DNA from: Kordia sp.
GTDB taxonomy: Bacteria > Bacteroidota > Bacteroidia > Flavobacteriales > Flavobacteriaceae
Reading direction: 5' to 3'
NCBI GenBank assembly: GCA_002733415.1
Contig: NVVR01000002.1
Span: 1-64,000 of the forward strand
Length of the DNA stretch: 64,000 nt
Made by a program: the position numbers and the translations under genes. Under the pieces are notes generated by a model. The model was given only the letters and a program-made list of their open reading frames with translations, made no database searches and was not told where the DNA came from. Of this stretch, positions 21,942 to 30,477 are shown in pieces. The first letter of the stretch is position 1; every line of letters begins with the position of its first letter.

Positions 21942-22025
21942 GGGAGTTCGCCAGAGTTGGAGAGCTGGGGCGGTCTGTAACACCGTTGTCGAAAGACTGA
22001 GTAGGTTCGATTCCTATAACTCCCA
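21942..22025 (+). tRNA. tRNA-Tyr (anticodon GTA), type II with a long variable arm
   Basis: Acceptor gggagtt/aactccc. Anticodon loop ctGTAac. Variable arm tgtcgaaagaca. T-arm tagg-ttcgatt-ccta. Confidence 0.7.
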
Positions 22026-22122
22026 CAATAAAATAAGGTTCTAGAAAGGGACCGTCAGGTTGAATATATATATAGTTACGGCTGACTATATGAATTTAGA
22101 GATGTATTTAACCTGACAAAAT

Positions 22123-22195
22123 AGTATCGTAGTTCAATGGCTAGAGCACCCGACTGTCTCTCGGGAAGCTGCGGGTTCGAATCCCGTCGGTACTG
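22123..22195 (+). tRNA. tRNA-Asp-like (anticodon GTC), with an atypical U at position 37
   Basis: Acceptor agtatcg/cggtact. D-arm gttc...gagc. Anticodon stem cccga/tcggg with loop ctGTCtc. T-arm gcggg-ttcgaat-cccgt. Confidence 0.55.
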
Positions 22196-22206
22196 CTAAC
22201 TAATTA

Positions 22207-22279
22207 CTGGGAAGATAACGATTGGCTGTTTACCCGCTTTGGATGCGGGAGGTTGCAGGTTCGAATCCTGCTTCTCAGA
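22207..22279 (+). tRNA. tRNA-Pro-like (anticodon TGG), with a non-canonical G8 and a weak D-stem
   Basis: Acceptor ctgggaa/ttctcag. Anticodon arm cccgc-ttTGGat-gcggg. T-arm gcagg-ttcgaat-cctgc. Confidence 0.5.
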
Positions 22280-22533
22280 CGATGTAACCAAAATCAAGCT
22301 TGCTTGAATTTTGGTTTGAGCTGAGACATCGCAGGATGACGTAGTCAATCCTGCTTCTCAGACGATGTGACCAAATCAAGTTATTTGAATTTGGTTTGAG
22401 CTGAGGCATTGCAGGATGACGTAGTCAATCCTGCTTCTCAGACGATGTAACCAAAATCAAGCAAGCTTGAACTTTGGTTTGAGCTGAGGCATTGCAGGAA
22501 AGACGAAGTCAGTCCTTCTTCTCAGACGAATAT
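22254..22533 (+). repeat. Tandem repeat of ~80-83 bp, about 3.3 units. Each unit is a tRNA-like minihelix (acceptor strands plus a T-stem with a 14-nt loop) followed by a perfect 13-bp hairpin.
   Basis: Units begin at about 22254, 22331, 22411 and 22494. Each contains gcagg-atgacgtagtcaat-cctgc-ttctcag-a followed by the hairpin aaccaaaatcaag...cttgaattttggtt and then ctgag(g/a)c. Confidence 0.7.
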
Positions 22534-22609
22534 GCAGGGATGGCGAAATGGTAAACGCACCTGATTTAGAATCAGGATTTTGAGAGTTCGAGTCTCTCTC
22601 TCTGTACCA
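22534..22609 (+). tRNA. Type-I (short variable loop) tRNA with anticodon TAG, identity uncertain. CCA is encoded.
   Basis: Acceptor gcaggga/tctctgt (two G-U pairs), U8, G18G19. Anticodon arm cctga-ttTAGaa-tcagg. 5-nt variable loop. T-arm gagag-ttcgagt-ctctc. Discriminator A, then CCA. Confidence 0.5.
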
Positions 22610-22611
22610 AT

Positions 22612-22683
22612 AGATTTATGGTGTAATGGATAGCACACTAGGTTACGACCCTAGGAGTATGAGTTCGAATCTTATTAAATCTA
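22612..22683 (+). tRNA. tRNA-Arg (anticodon ACG)
   Basis: Acceptor agattta/taaatct. D-arm gtgt-aatggata-gcac. Anticodon arm ctagg-ttACGac-cctag. T-arm atgag-ttcgaat-cttat. Confidence 0.7.
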
Positions 22684-22688
22684 CAAAT

Positions 22689-22759
22689 TGACTTGTGATG
22701 TAATGGTAGCATATAAGATTTTGATTCTTATTGTATAGGTTCAACTCCTGTCAGGTCAA
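22689..22759 (+). tRNA. tRNA-Gln (anticodon TTG)
   Basis: Acceptor tgacttg/caggtca. Anticodon arm taaga-ttTTGat-tctta. T-arm atagg-ttcaact-cctgt. Confidence 0.65.
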
Positions 22760-22766
22760 CTATTAA

Positions 22767-22792
22767 CTGGGAATATAACGATGTTTACCCGC
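22767..22792 (+). other. 5'-half relic of the tRNA-Pro-like gene
   Basis: ctgggaatataacgatgtttacccgctt matches 22207-22245, then diverges. Confidence 0.5.
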
Positions 22793-22836
22793 TTGCTTGA
22801 GATGTTATTAAGTAAAGCCCTATATGAAATCTAAAT

Positions 22837-22900
22837 GTCACACTGAGCTTATCGAAGTGCAATTGATAGTCAAGGTTTTATTGGTTTTCGCGAAGCTCAG
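22837..22900. repeat. REP-like hairpin element, copy 2
   Basis: gtcacactgagcttatcgaagt pairs with ttcgcgaagctcag. Confidence 0.5.
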
Positions 22901-22907
22901 ACAAAAT

Positions 22908-22980
22908 GGTGTTTTCAGCTTATTTGGTAAAGTGCTAGACTGTGAATCTAGAGAACAGGGTTCGAATCCCGAAAACACCC
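22908..22980 (+). tRNA. tRNA-His (anticodon GTG) with an encoded G-1
   Basis: Extra 5' G. Acceptor gtgtttt/aaaacac. Discriminator C. D-arm gctt-atttggta-aagt. Anticodon arm ctaga-ctGTGaa-tctag. The T-stem is imperfect. Confidence 0.6.
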
Positions 22981-22996
22981 AAAATTAAAATAACCT

Positions 22997-23023
22997 ATAC
23001 TACGTAAAATGATTGCGTAGTAG
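22997..23023. promoter_or_regulatory. Palindromic motif, copy c (actacgta-aaatgat-tgcgtagt)
   Basis: The same ACTACGCA-N7-TGCGTAGT family as at 11323 and 12784. Confidence 0.4.
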
Positions 23024-23220
23024 GGTGGGAAGTTTGTAATGTAATTAAAAGCTAATAATAAGTTTAAAGGTTTTGTGTTCTTTTAAACGTTTAAATATCA
23101 AGCTAGTCTTGTTGGGTGTTTCTGTATAGCACTATTGTATAAAGTATTGCAATGATTTTGTATGATGACTTTATATTCAACTAGATTTGGAGGTTTTAGA
23201 TTGTTTACCAAAAAATAATC

Positions 23221-23258
23221 ACACACTGTGGTCATGGGTTCGAATCCCATCCTCATTA
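23221..23258 (+). other. tRNA 3'-half relic (T-arm atggg-ttcgaat-cccat plus acceptor 3' cctcatt-a)
   Basis: There is no matching 5' acceptor strand upstream. Confidence 0.45.
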
Positions 23259-23259
23259 A

Positions 23260-23316
23260 GTTGAGGTAGTTCAGTTTGGTTAGAACAACAGCGTAGATGT
23301 CGTCGGTTCGAATCCG
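23260..23316 (+). other. Chimeric tRNA relic: acceptor 5' plus D-arm (gttc-agtttggtta-gaac) joined to a T-arm (gtcgg-ttcgaat-ccgat), with no anticodon arm
   Basis: Only 12 nt separate the D-arm from the T-arm, and the acceptor strands do not pair. Confidence 0.4.
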
Positions 23317-23342
23317 ATCTTAAACTTTGGAGAAATCCATTG

Positions 23343-23385
23343 GTTTATGTAGCTCAACGGTAGAGCACTACACTCTTTTAGGTAG
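23343..23385 (+). other. tRNA 5'-part relic (acceptor, D-arm gctc-aacggta-gagc, and an anticodon-like arm). No T-arm follows.
   Basis: A D-arm with GG and an anticodon-like stem ctac/gtag. No ttcgaat follows. Confidence 0.4.
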
Positions 23386-23729
23386 AGAGAACAATAGACT
23401 CAAAATCTATTTTCAAAAAGCTGATTATCTTTTTAAACTAATCACCAGCCAGTCACGCTGTAAAATTGATAAAATAATGGATTGAAAATCAGCTATGCTT
23501 TGTAAGCACAAGTGTTTTAAGTGAAGCAATCTTAAATGTACTTTGAATAACTGATTTTTAGTATTGTAAAGGAATTACTTTTTGAGTTTTCTAATGATAG
23601 TTAGCTATTATATATAATTTTCAAAAATGGATTCTTGACAGTTATAATATGAGTGTATTCCGTATGTAAAAGATGATTTTCTTTCTGTTGTTTTTAATAA
23701 ATTAAAGAAACTAAGTAATAAATAGAATA

Positions 23730-24830
23730 ATGAAACGAGTACGAATTAATGAGGGGAAAATTGGATTGGTTTTCAAAAACGGAAACTATTTAAAAGTAAT
23801 TACCGAAGGGGTATATTGGTTAGGAATTAATCAAAGAGTGCTAATGTACAATCAGGCAACTTCTTTTGCTACACCTATAGCCTTAGAACTTTTAGTAAGA
23901 GATGAAAAATTAACGGCACTTATTGATGTTGTTGAGGTAAAAGATAATGAATTAGTACTAGTGCATGAAAATGGAATTTTTAAAACAATCTTAAAATCTG
24001 GAAGATATACCTACTGGAAAGGTTTGATAAATAGAACCTATACTCGAGTAGATTTAAGTAAAATTTATATTACGGAACAAATTGAAAAATCATTGTTTAC
24101 AAAACCTGAAATGGTGCAGTACATCAGATTATTTGAAGTGGCTGCTTTTGAAAAAGCGGTATTGATTATTGATGATGTATACACAAAAACATTAGATGGA
24201 GGAACATATCGATTTTGGAAAAATGATACCACTATAAAAATTGCGAAAGTTGATTTACGTCAGTTGCAATTAGAAATTTCAGGCCAAGAGTTATTAACCA
24301 AGGACAAGGCTGCAATCCGAATTAACTTTTATACTCAGTATAAAGTTACTACTATTGAAAAAGCCTTGTTGGAAAACAAGGATTATGAAAAGCAATTGTA
24401 CGTTTTAATGCAATTGGCATTAAGAGCTTATGTTGGGACCTATACTTTAGATGAATTGTTAGAGCGTAAAGAAAATATTGCTGCTGCAGTGTTTGAAAAT
24501 GTGAAGAATGCTGTTTCAAAATTGGGTGTATCTGTTTTAAATTGCGGTATTAGAGATGTTATCTTAACGGGTGAAATGAAAGAAATCATGAATCAGGTAT
24601 TGGTAGCTCAAAAAAAAGCACAAGCAAATGTAATTACAAGGCGAGAGGAAACAGCTGCTACTAGAAGCTTATTGAATACTGCTAAGTTAATGGAAGAGAA
24701 TAGCATGCTATTTAAGTTGAAAGAAATGGAGTATGTGGAGAAAATTTCTGATAAAATTGGAGAGATTTCAGTTTCCGGAAATGGAGGTGTGATTAAACAA
24801 TTGAGGGATATTTTTTCCGTTAATAATTAA
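23730..24830 (+). CDS. SPFH / band-7 (slipin-like) domain protein
   Basis: The C-terminal half has an SPFH-like pattern (ILTGEMKEIMNQVLVAQKKAQANVITRREETAATRSLLNTAKLMEEN). Confidence 0.55.
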   Translation: MKRVRINEGKIGLVFKNGNYLKVITEGVYWLGINQRVLMYNQATSFATPIALELLVRDEKLTALIDVVEVKDNELVLVHENGIFKTILKSGRYTYWKGLINRTYTRVDLSKIYITEQIEKSLFTKPEMVQYIRLFEVAAFEKAVLIIDDVYTKTLDGGTYRFWKNDTTIKIAKVDLRQLQLEISGQELLTKDKAAIRINFYTQYKVTTIEKALLENKDYEKQLYVLMQLALRAYVGTYTLDELLERKENIAAAVFENVKNAVSKLGVSVLNCGIRDVILTGEMKEIMNQVLVAQKKAQANVITRREETAATRSLLNTAKLMEENSMLFKLKEMEYVEKISDKIGEISVSGNGGVIKQLRDIFSVNN

Positions 24831-24942
24831 TTGGAAAGATGAGTATATAGGATGTTTGTATCCTATATTTAGTTGTAGTTTGGCTAGCTTATAGTGAAAA
24901 TATAAAAGTGTGCATATATAAATACGATTAAGGATAACAGCC

Positions 24943-26577
24943 CTAATCGTATTTTTCTTTTATAGATTCCAAAAAATAGGAAGGTGTAATTCCAGTAAAT
25001 TTTTTGAAAGCAATATTAAATGAAGATTTAGACTTAAAGCCTACCATATCAGCAATGGACTCAATTGTCAAATTCCAGTTTTCTCTTTGAGTTAATAATT
25101 TTCGAGCTTCATTAATTCTATATTCGTTAATAAAAGTATTGAAGTTCTTTCCAGAAAATTCATTAATCACTCTCGATACATAAGATTTATTACTTTCTAA
25201 ACGCTCTGATACTTTCCCTAAGGAGAGGTCATGTTCTAGAAATATTTTTTCACCCTCAAACAATTTCGTAATGTTATGAATTAAAGCATCTTTATATTCC
25301 TTACTCAATTCAGAAGATATTTGTTTAACATTTTTATCATCACTAATAAGTTCTATACCAGCAGTAATTTCATGCATTTTATTCCTTCTTTCTTCCGAAT
25401 CGACTTGTTCAAGGTTTATTTGAAATAGGTCTTTATTGGCTCTTTTTAACCTATTATAATAATAATATAATGTCACAGAAAAAGTTGAAACAAACAATAA
25501 TGCTATAAAGAACCATCTGATTTTAATGGAGTTAATTTCATTCTCCTTTTTAAGAGATTCAATTTCTTTTTCTTTTTTATCAAAATTATAAATAGCCATT
25601 AACTCTGTAGCCCTGTTTTGAACTTCATTTGCTTGGGTAGTACTTCGAACCTCTAAATATAATTCATGATACTCTAAAGATTTTTCGAATTTGTTTTGTC
25701 CTTTATAGATAGCCGAAAGCGCTCCATATGAACTTTCTAGCAGATAATTATTTTTTTTAGTTTTAGCAATTTCCAAGCACTTTTTAATAGCTATTTCTGC
25801 TTTTTGATACTCTTTTTGATCGAAATATATAATGGCTAAATTCCTATTAATGTAAGCAATTGGAAGTGATGTTGTGTCTTTTTGATAGAGGTTTAGGCCT
25901 TCATTGAAATAATTCAAGGCCTTTTTTAAATTACCTTTACTTTGATAAGCAAGACCAATATTACTAATGACCCCTAATATATCATTCTTATCTCCTATTT
26001 TTTTTTTAATTATTAATGATTTATTGAAATACTCTAAAGATTCATCCAATTGATTTAAACTCCCATAAGTTATCCCTATGTTACTCAAGATGTCAGCTTT
26101 AATTAAATCGTTATTTTGATTCTCTATTAAAGCCAATGCTTTAGAATAATGATCAAGAGCCTCTTGATATTCTTCTAGGTTATAATAAATAAGAGCCAAA
26201 GCATTTAATGAAGTAGAAATGTTTATTTTGTCTTCTATCTCTTGGCTCATTTTTAAAGCCTTTAGGGTATAACTTAGCGCTTCATCAAATATATTTAAGC
26301 CTAAATAACATTCCCCAATTTTCTTATAAGCATATATTTCATCGACTCTCTTATTACCTCTGTAGCTATAATCATTAAGAGCCCTTTTGTAGTATTCAAT
26401 TGCTTTTGTAAAACTCTGCTTTTTAAAATGTATGTCAGCTGTTTCTATGAAGATATTAGGTTCAGTTTCCTTTACTTGAATAGTAGTTACTGATAGCTCA
26501 TGCTTAATTGCTGCATTTACTTTAAATAATAAAGCAAAGCAAACTATACAGATAGGTAAAAGTAACTTTTTTATCAT
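24943..26577 (-). CDS. TPR-repeat sensor-like regulator with a C-terminal AraC-type HTH domain and one transmembrane segment
   Basis: Signal/TM at the N-terminus. Multiple TPRs. TM segment WFFIALLFVSTFSVTLYYYY. AraC HTH motif ESIADMVGFKSKSSFNIAFKKFTGITPSYF. Confidence 0.7.
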   Translation of the reverse strand: MIKKLLLPICIVCFALLFKVNAAIKHELSVTTIQVKETEPNIFIETADIHFKKQSFTKAIEYYKRALNDYSYRGNKRVDEIYAYKKIGECYLGLNIFDEALSYTLKALKMSQEIEDKINISTSLNALALIYYNLEEYQEALDHYSKALALIENQNNDLIKADILSNIGITYGSLNQLDESLEYFNKSLIIKKKIGDKNDILGVISNIGLAYQSKGNLKKALNYFNEGLNLYQKDTTSLPIAYINRNLAIIYFDQKEYQKAEIAIKKCLEIAKTKKNNYLLESSYGALSAIYKGQNKFEKSLEYHELYLEVRSTTQANEVQNRATELMAIYNFDKKEKEIESLKKENEINSIKIRWFFIALLFVSTFSVTLYYYYNRLKRANKDLFQINLEQVDSEERRNKMHEITAGIELISDDKNVKQISSELSKEYKDALIHNITKLFEGEKIFLEHDLSLGKVSERLESNKSYVSRVINEFSGKNFNTFINEYRINEARKLLTQRENWNLTIESIADMVGFKSKSSFNIAFKKFTGITPSYFLESIKEKYD

Positions 26578-27873
26578 TGGAATTTGTTATGGTCTCTATT
26601 AATAAAACATTTAAGATTGTAAATACCCCATCTTATTGTTTTAGATTAGACTACTAAAATCACCAATTTTAATTCATTATGACCTATCAAACCTGTTTTT
26701 TAACTAAGTATACTTGATAAGTAACCATGACATAGCTTGTATTATAGGAATGATAAGTTTATAAGTATGATATGTACCTTCATACAGTTGAGGTAGTTTG
26801 GACAAAAAACAGGAAGGTTGATAGAGGGGGATTGTTTAATTCAAGTTACAATATAATAGTCCGAAAATATTGTATCAAAGTCTTGATTTTATTTTTGTTA
26901 GGTTCTAATTTATATAGTGACTTTATGATATTGAAAAGAGTTTAGATAATAATTGTCCCTAAACTCATTTAATAACCGTTTATTTAATCATGGAGTTTTA
27001 CATTAGACCTGTTTCTTCTATTTAAATAGAAAAGGGTTCTATGATTCCAAATAAAACAACAGTTCATTTTGACTTTAGAATAACGACAATCCTTTTTATA
27101 AGCAACTGAATTCAATTTCGGAATTTTATTTACATTTCTAGGGATAATTTGAATAGAAATACAGCATGTTTTCATCTTTACATTGGGGTCTTATTTATGT
27201 AAAGAAGAGATTAGTAATACCGTTAATATCGCTGTAATAGGGAATCCTACCAATGCATAAGGAATTTTTGATTTCAAGATTCTGATACTTGATAAATTAT
27301 TTATGGATCAATTTAATTTATTTATACTAGACCTTTTAAAGACTTCATATTCCTCTTTTAGGTTTTTTAAATCTCGGTTAATTTTGTAATTCATGCTAAT
27401 GATAAACACGAAAACAAATAGATATAATGGGATTAGAACTATATAAAATAGATACATAATAGCTTTTTTGAGGTTAAAAAATTCCCTTTGTTTTATTTCA
27501 AAGTTTCTTTTAATCTTGGTAGATCATTACAAAAGCAGGTAAGGACTAAACTGAAAACATTAGAAAATAGAGAAAAAAATCAGCTCATTTTAAAAACTGA
27601 TTTTCTTTAAATACAAGAATTGATAATTATAATTAAACCAAAAAAAATGAAAACAAATCCTGTAAATTGGTAATCATTAATGTTTATTATGGAATGGGAT
27701 TGAAGCCCAAATTCCATAATAAACGATTATACTCCCTTAAATGATATAATCAGTGTTGGCTTAATTCCTGTAAATAATAAATTACATTGTTATTTACAGG
27801 AATAGACTCTGAACTTAAGTAACTAAGCGTACTTTATATAAGTTCTTTATTCATTGATCAATTACAATGTCAT

Positions 27874-30348
27874 TTAGTTGATCATAACTTTTTTAGTTGT
27901 TACTCCTTTTGAAGAATTTATTTTAACAAAATAGACTCCTGTAGATAAAGATGATACATCTATTTGAGTGCTACTTAAATTAGCTTCTTTGTTATAATAA
28001 ATTAATTTACCGTTTATAGAAAACAATCGGATTTCGCCAAATCCATCTGATCCGCTAATATTGATTACAGAGGATGTCGGGTTTGGATATATTTTTAAAG
28101 TACTATTAAACAACTCTTCTTCTACTGATAGTGATGAATTATACACAGGTGTTCTCCATACACCTCTACCATAAGTTGCAGCATACAATTTACTATCGGC
28201 CGTATTTATTTCTAATTCGTTAATAATAACATTTGGTAGCTGATTATTGAATGTCTCCCAATTAGATAAACTAGTGTCGATATAATAAACGCCATAATTC
28301 ATTCCTAAATAAAGTCCTTTATTAGCATTATTCTGCCATACTAAAGCAAAGGCATCAAAATTTGGTAAGTTCTTTTTATATGAGGTCCATGTAGTCCCAC
28401 CATTTAAAGATACATATACTTTTTCTACTCCATTGGTGGCTATAGCTATTCTGTTAGGGTCTGTAGGGTGAATAGCGATACTATTAATATCTCCGTTAAA
28501 TCCTGTTAACTCTATCCATGTTCCTGATCCGGTAGTTGTTTTATATAATTTATTAGTAGAGGAAGCATACATTACTTTATTATTAGATGCAGCTATTTTT
28601 AAATGATCAAGATTGGCTAGTCCAAATACTTGTGATATTGCTGTCCAACTATATCCTTCATCAGTTGATTTATATACCTGGTCGTATCCTGTATATATGG
28701 TATTAACCAAAGTAGGGTCTTGCTCTATAGGGGTAACCCATTGTCCTTGCTTGTCGTCAGGAGATGCTATTTCCAAGAGACCTTGATCATCGATTTGGTA
28801 GAATTGGCCATAATATATACTACAATAGACTTTATTTGGATTATTTTTATCAATGAAAGTTTCCATTCCATCACCTCCAAATATACCACTCCATTGTCCA
28901 GCTGCATTACGAAGTGCGCTACCATTATCTTGAGATCCTCCACTTACCACAACTGGATTAGTTTGAGAAACTCCTATTCTATACAAATGACGAATTCCTA
29001 AGCCTGAACCAATTTGCGTATAGTAATATTTGTTAATAGTAGCCGTATTTTCAGCAATGTAAATACCACCATCGGTCCCTGTAAACAGTGTGTTATTTAT
29101 AAATTCAAAAATTTCTACATCTGCATGACAGTATCCTATGTTTTTTTCTATTGCTTCAGATTGCATCCAATCTGATGTTGGTATAAAAGTAACTCCTGCA
29201 TCGCTCGATTTCCATGTATTTATACCAGCTATATGAACCTCATTGGCATTAGTTGGTGATGCAGCTATAGCCATATGTCCCGGTGCTTGCCCTTTATCAT
29301 CGTCACCTAAGGTAGACCCTCCTAAATAATTTTTAGAATGCGATAATTTTGTAAATGTAGCTCCTGAATTTGTAGATTTATAAAAAGCTCCAAATTTATA
29401 TGCATTTGCTTCTAGAACATATACAATAGCTGGGTTCTGAGCAGATACGGCTATCATTTTAGCATCATCTGTAAACCCTGAAATTGCAGTAAAATTGGCG
29501 CCTCCATCCGTTGATTTATAAAATCCTCCTCCAGTTGCATACACCGTATTAGGGTCTCCTGGTTTAAACTCAATATCATGTCCGGTACTTTCACCTGTAA
29601 CTCCTGTCCATGTGCTTCCCCCATCTGTACTTCTATATACCATACCATCTTCAACGGCAGCAAATACTAGATTAGCATTAGTAGGGTGTATTATAATTTT
29701 TATTACATTTCCATTAACACTAGGGTTAGGAAGTGAATTCCATGTTGCTCCAGTGTCTGTTGACTTATACATTTTTCCATCACCAGAGCCCCAATAAAAC
29801 ACTTGTGGATTTGTAGGATCCATAGCCAATGAGGTTACTACTAAGTTACTATGATTGTCAGCCAATGGAGTCCAGGTTGTTCCTTTATTGGTTGTTCTCC
29901 ATACACCACCATGTTCAGCTCCAACGATAATGTGATTTATATTGGTTTTTTGAACAGCAATGGACGTAATTCTTCCCAAGCCTGGATTATGTTCGCTGTC
30001 ATACCAAATTTTTGGTCATAATTTCTCCCAATTGTCGTTAGCTGCAACACTTTTATTTTGGTTTTTAGTATTCAAATAAGCGTTGTAACGCGCTAGTTCT
30101 TCAATATAAAAAGAGGGTGTTTTCAAATATCCATTTTCATTTTGCATACGTAGGGCATTATATTCCCAACGTTTATACTGTTTATGACCAGTTCCTTTTC
30201 CTTTTCCTCTCTCGGAAAAATAGGCATCAGCAATTTCTTTAATCTGTTGGACTGTAAATGTTTCTTTGGCGATCATTTTTTTGTATTCCTGAGCGCTTGC
30301 TAAAAAGCAACTGAACACCAAAAATGTAAGTAGTCTTATTTTTTGCAT
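27874..30348 (-). pseudogene. Secreted BNR/sortilin-like repeat protein with a T9SS type A sorting domain, interrupted by an in-frame TGA at 30016-30018
   Basis: ORF 30016..30348 carries the signal peptide. ORF 27874..29979 carries the BNR-like repeats and the C-terminal tail YPNPTSSVINISG...GVYFVKI. The two ORFs are in the same frame and separated only by a TGA plus 12 codons. Confidence 0.6.
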
Positions 30349-30477
30349 AGTATTTGTTTTTGGGGGTTATTAATAATTTAGGTGTAAAGCCTAGAATTGG
30401 GCTCAATGGCCCAATTCCATGCTAAATGATTGTTATGCATGTGATTACATGGTCAGTTTTGGCTTAATCAAACTTCA

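Noticed and set aside
21661-22026. 121-aa minus-strand ORF
   Set aside because: It lies entirely across tRNA-Cys, the tRNA relic and tRNA-Tyr. Its composition is not protein-like. It is a spurious ORF over structured RNA genes.
22254-22533. Possible CRISPR array (regular repeats)
   Set aside because: The units are contiguous ~80-bp tandem copies with no unique spacers. The repeat is tRNA-derived (T-arm/acceptor) and there are no cas genes. It is not a CRISPR.
21770-23420. Integrated prophage or ICE bounded by tRNA direct repeats
   Set aside because: The tRNA 3'-end duplications are suggestive of integration scars. No integrase, excisionase, or phage structural or conjugation genes occur in the window, so a complete mobile element cannot be supported here.
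23636-23660. Sigma70-like promoter cttgacagttataat
   Set aside because: The TTGACA and TATAAT hexamers are separated by only about 3 nt, which is not a functional spacing. Bacteroidota also use a different consensus (TTG / TAnnTTTG).
26984-27175. 63-aa ORF in the AT-rich intergenic region
   Set aside because: There is no supporting signal. It lies in a region without a coding signature and is probably spurious.
27763-27804. Perfect 13-bp inverted repeat ttcctgtaaataa…ttatttacaggaa as a terminator
   Set aside because: It lacks a flanking T-run or A-run in the orientation needed for the adjacent minus-strand gene. It is noted only as a hairpin of unknown role.
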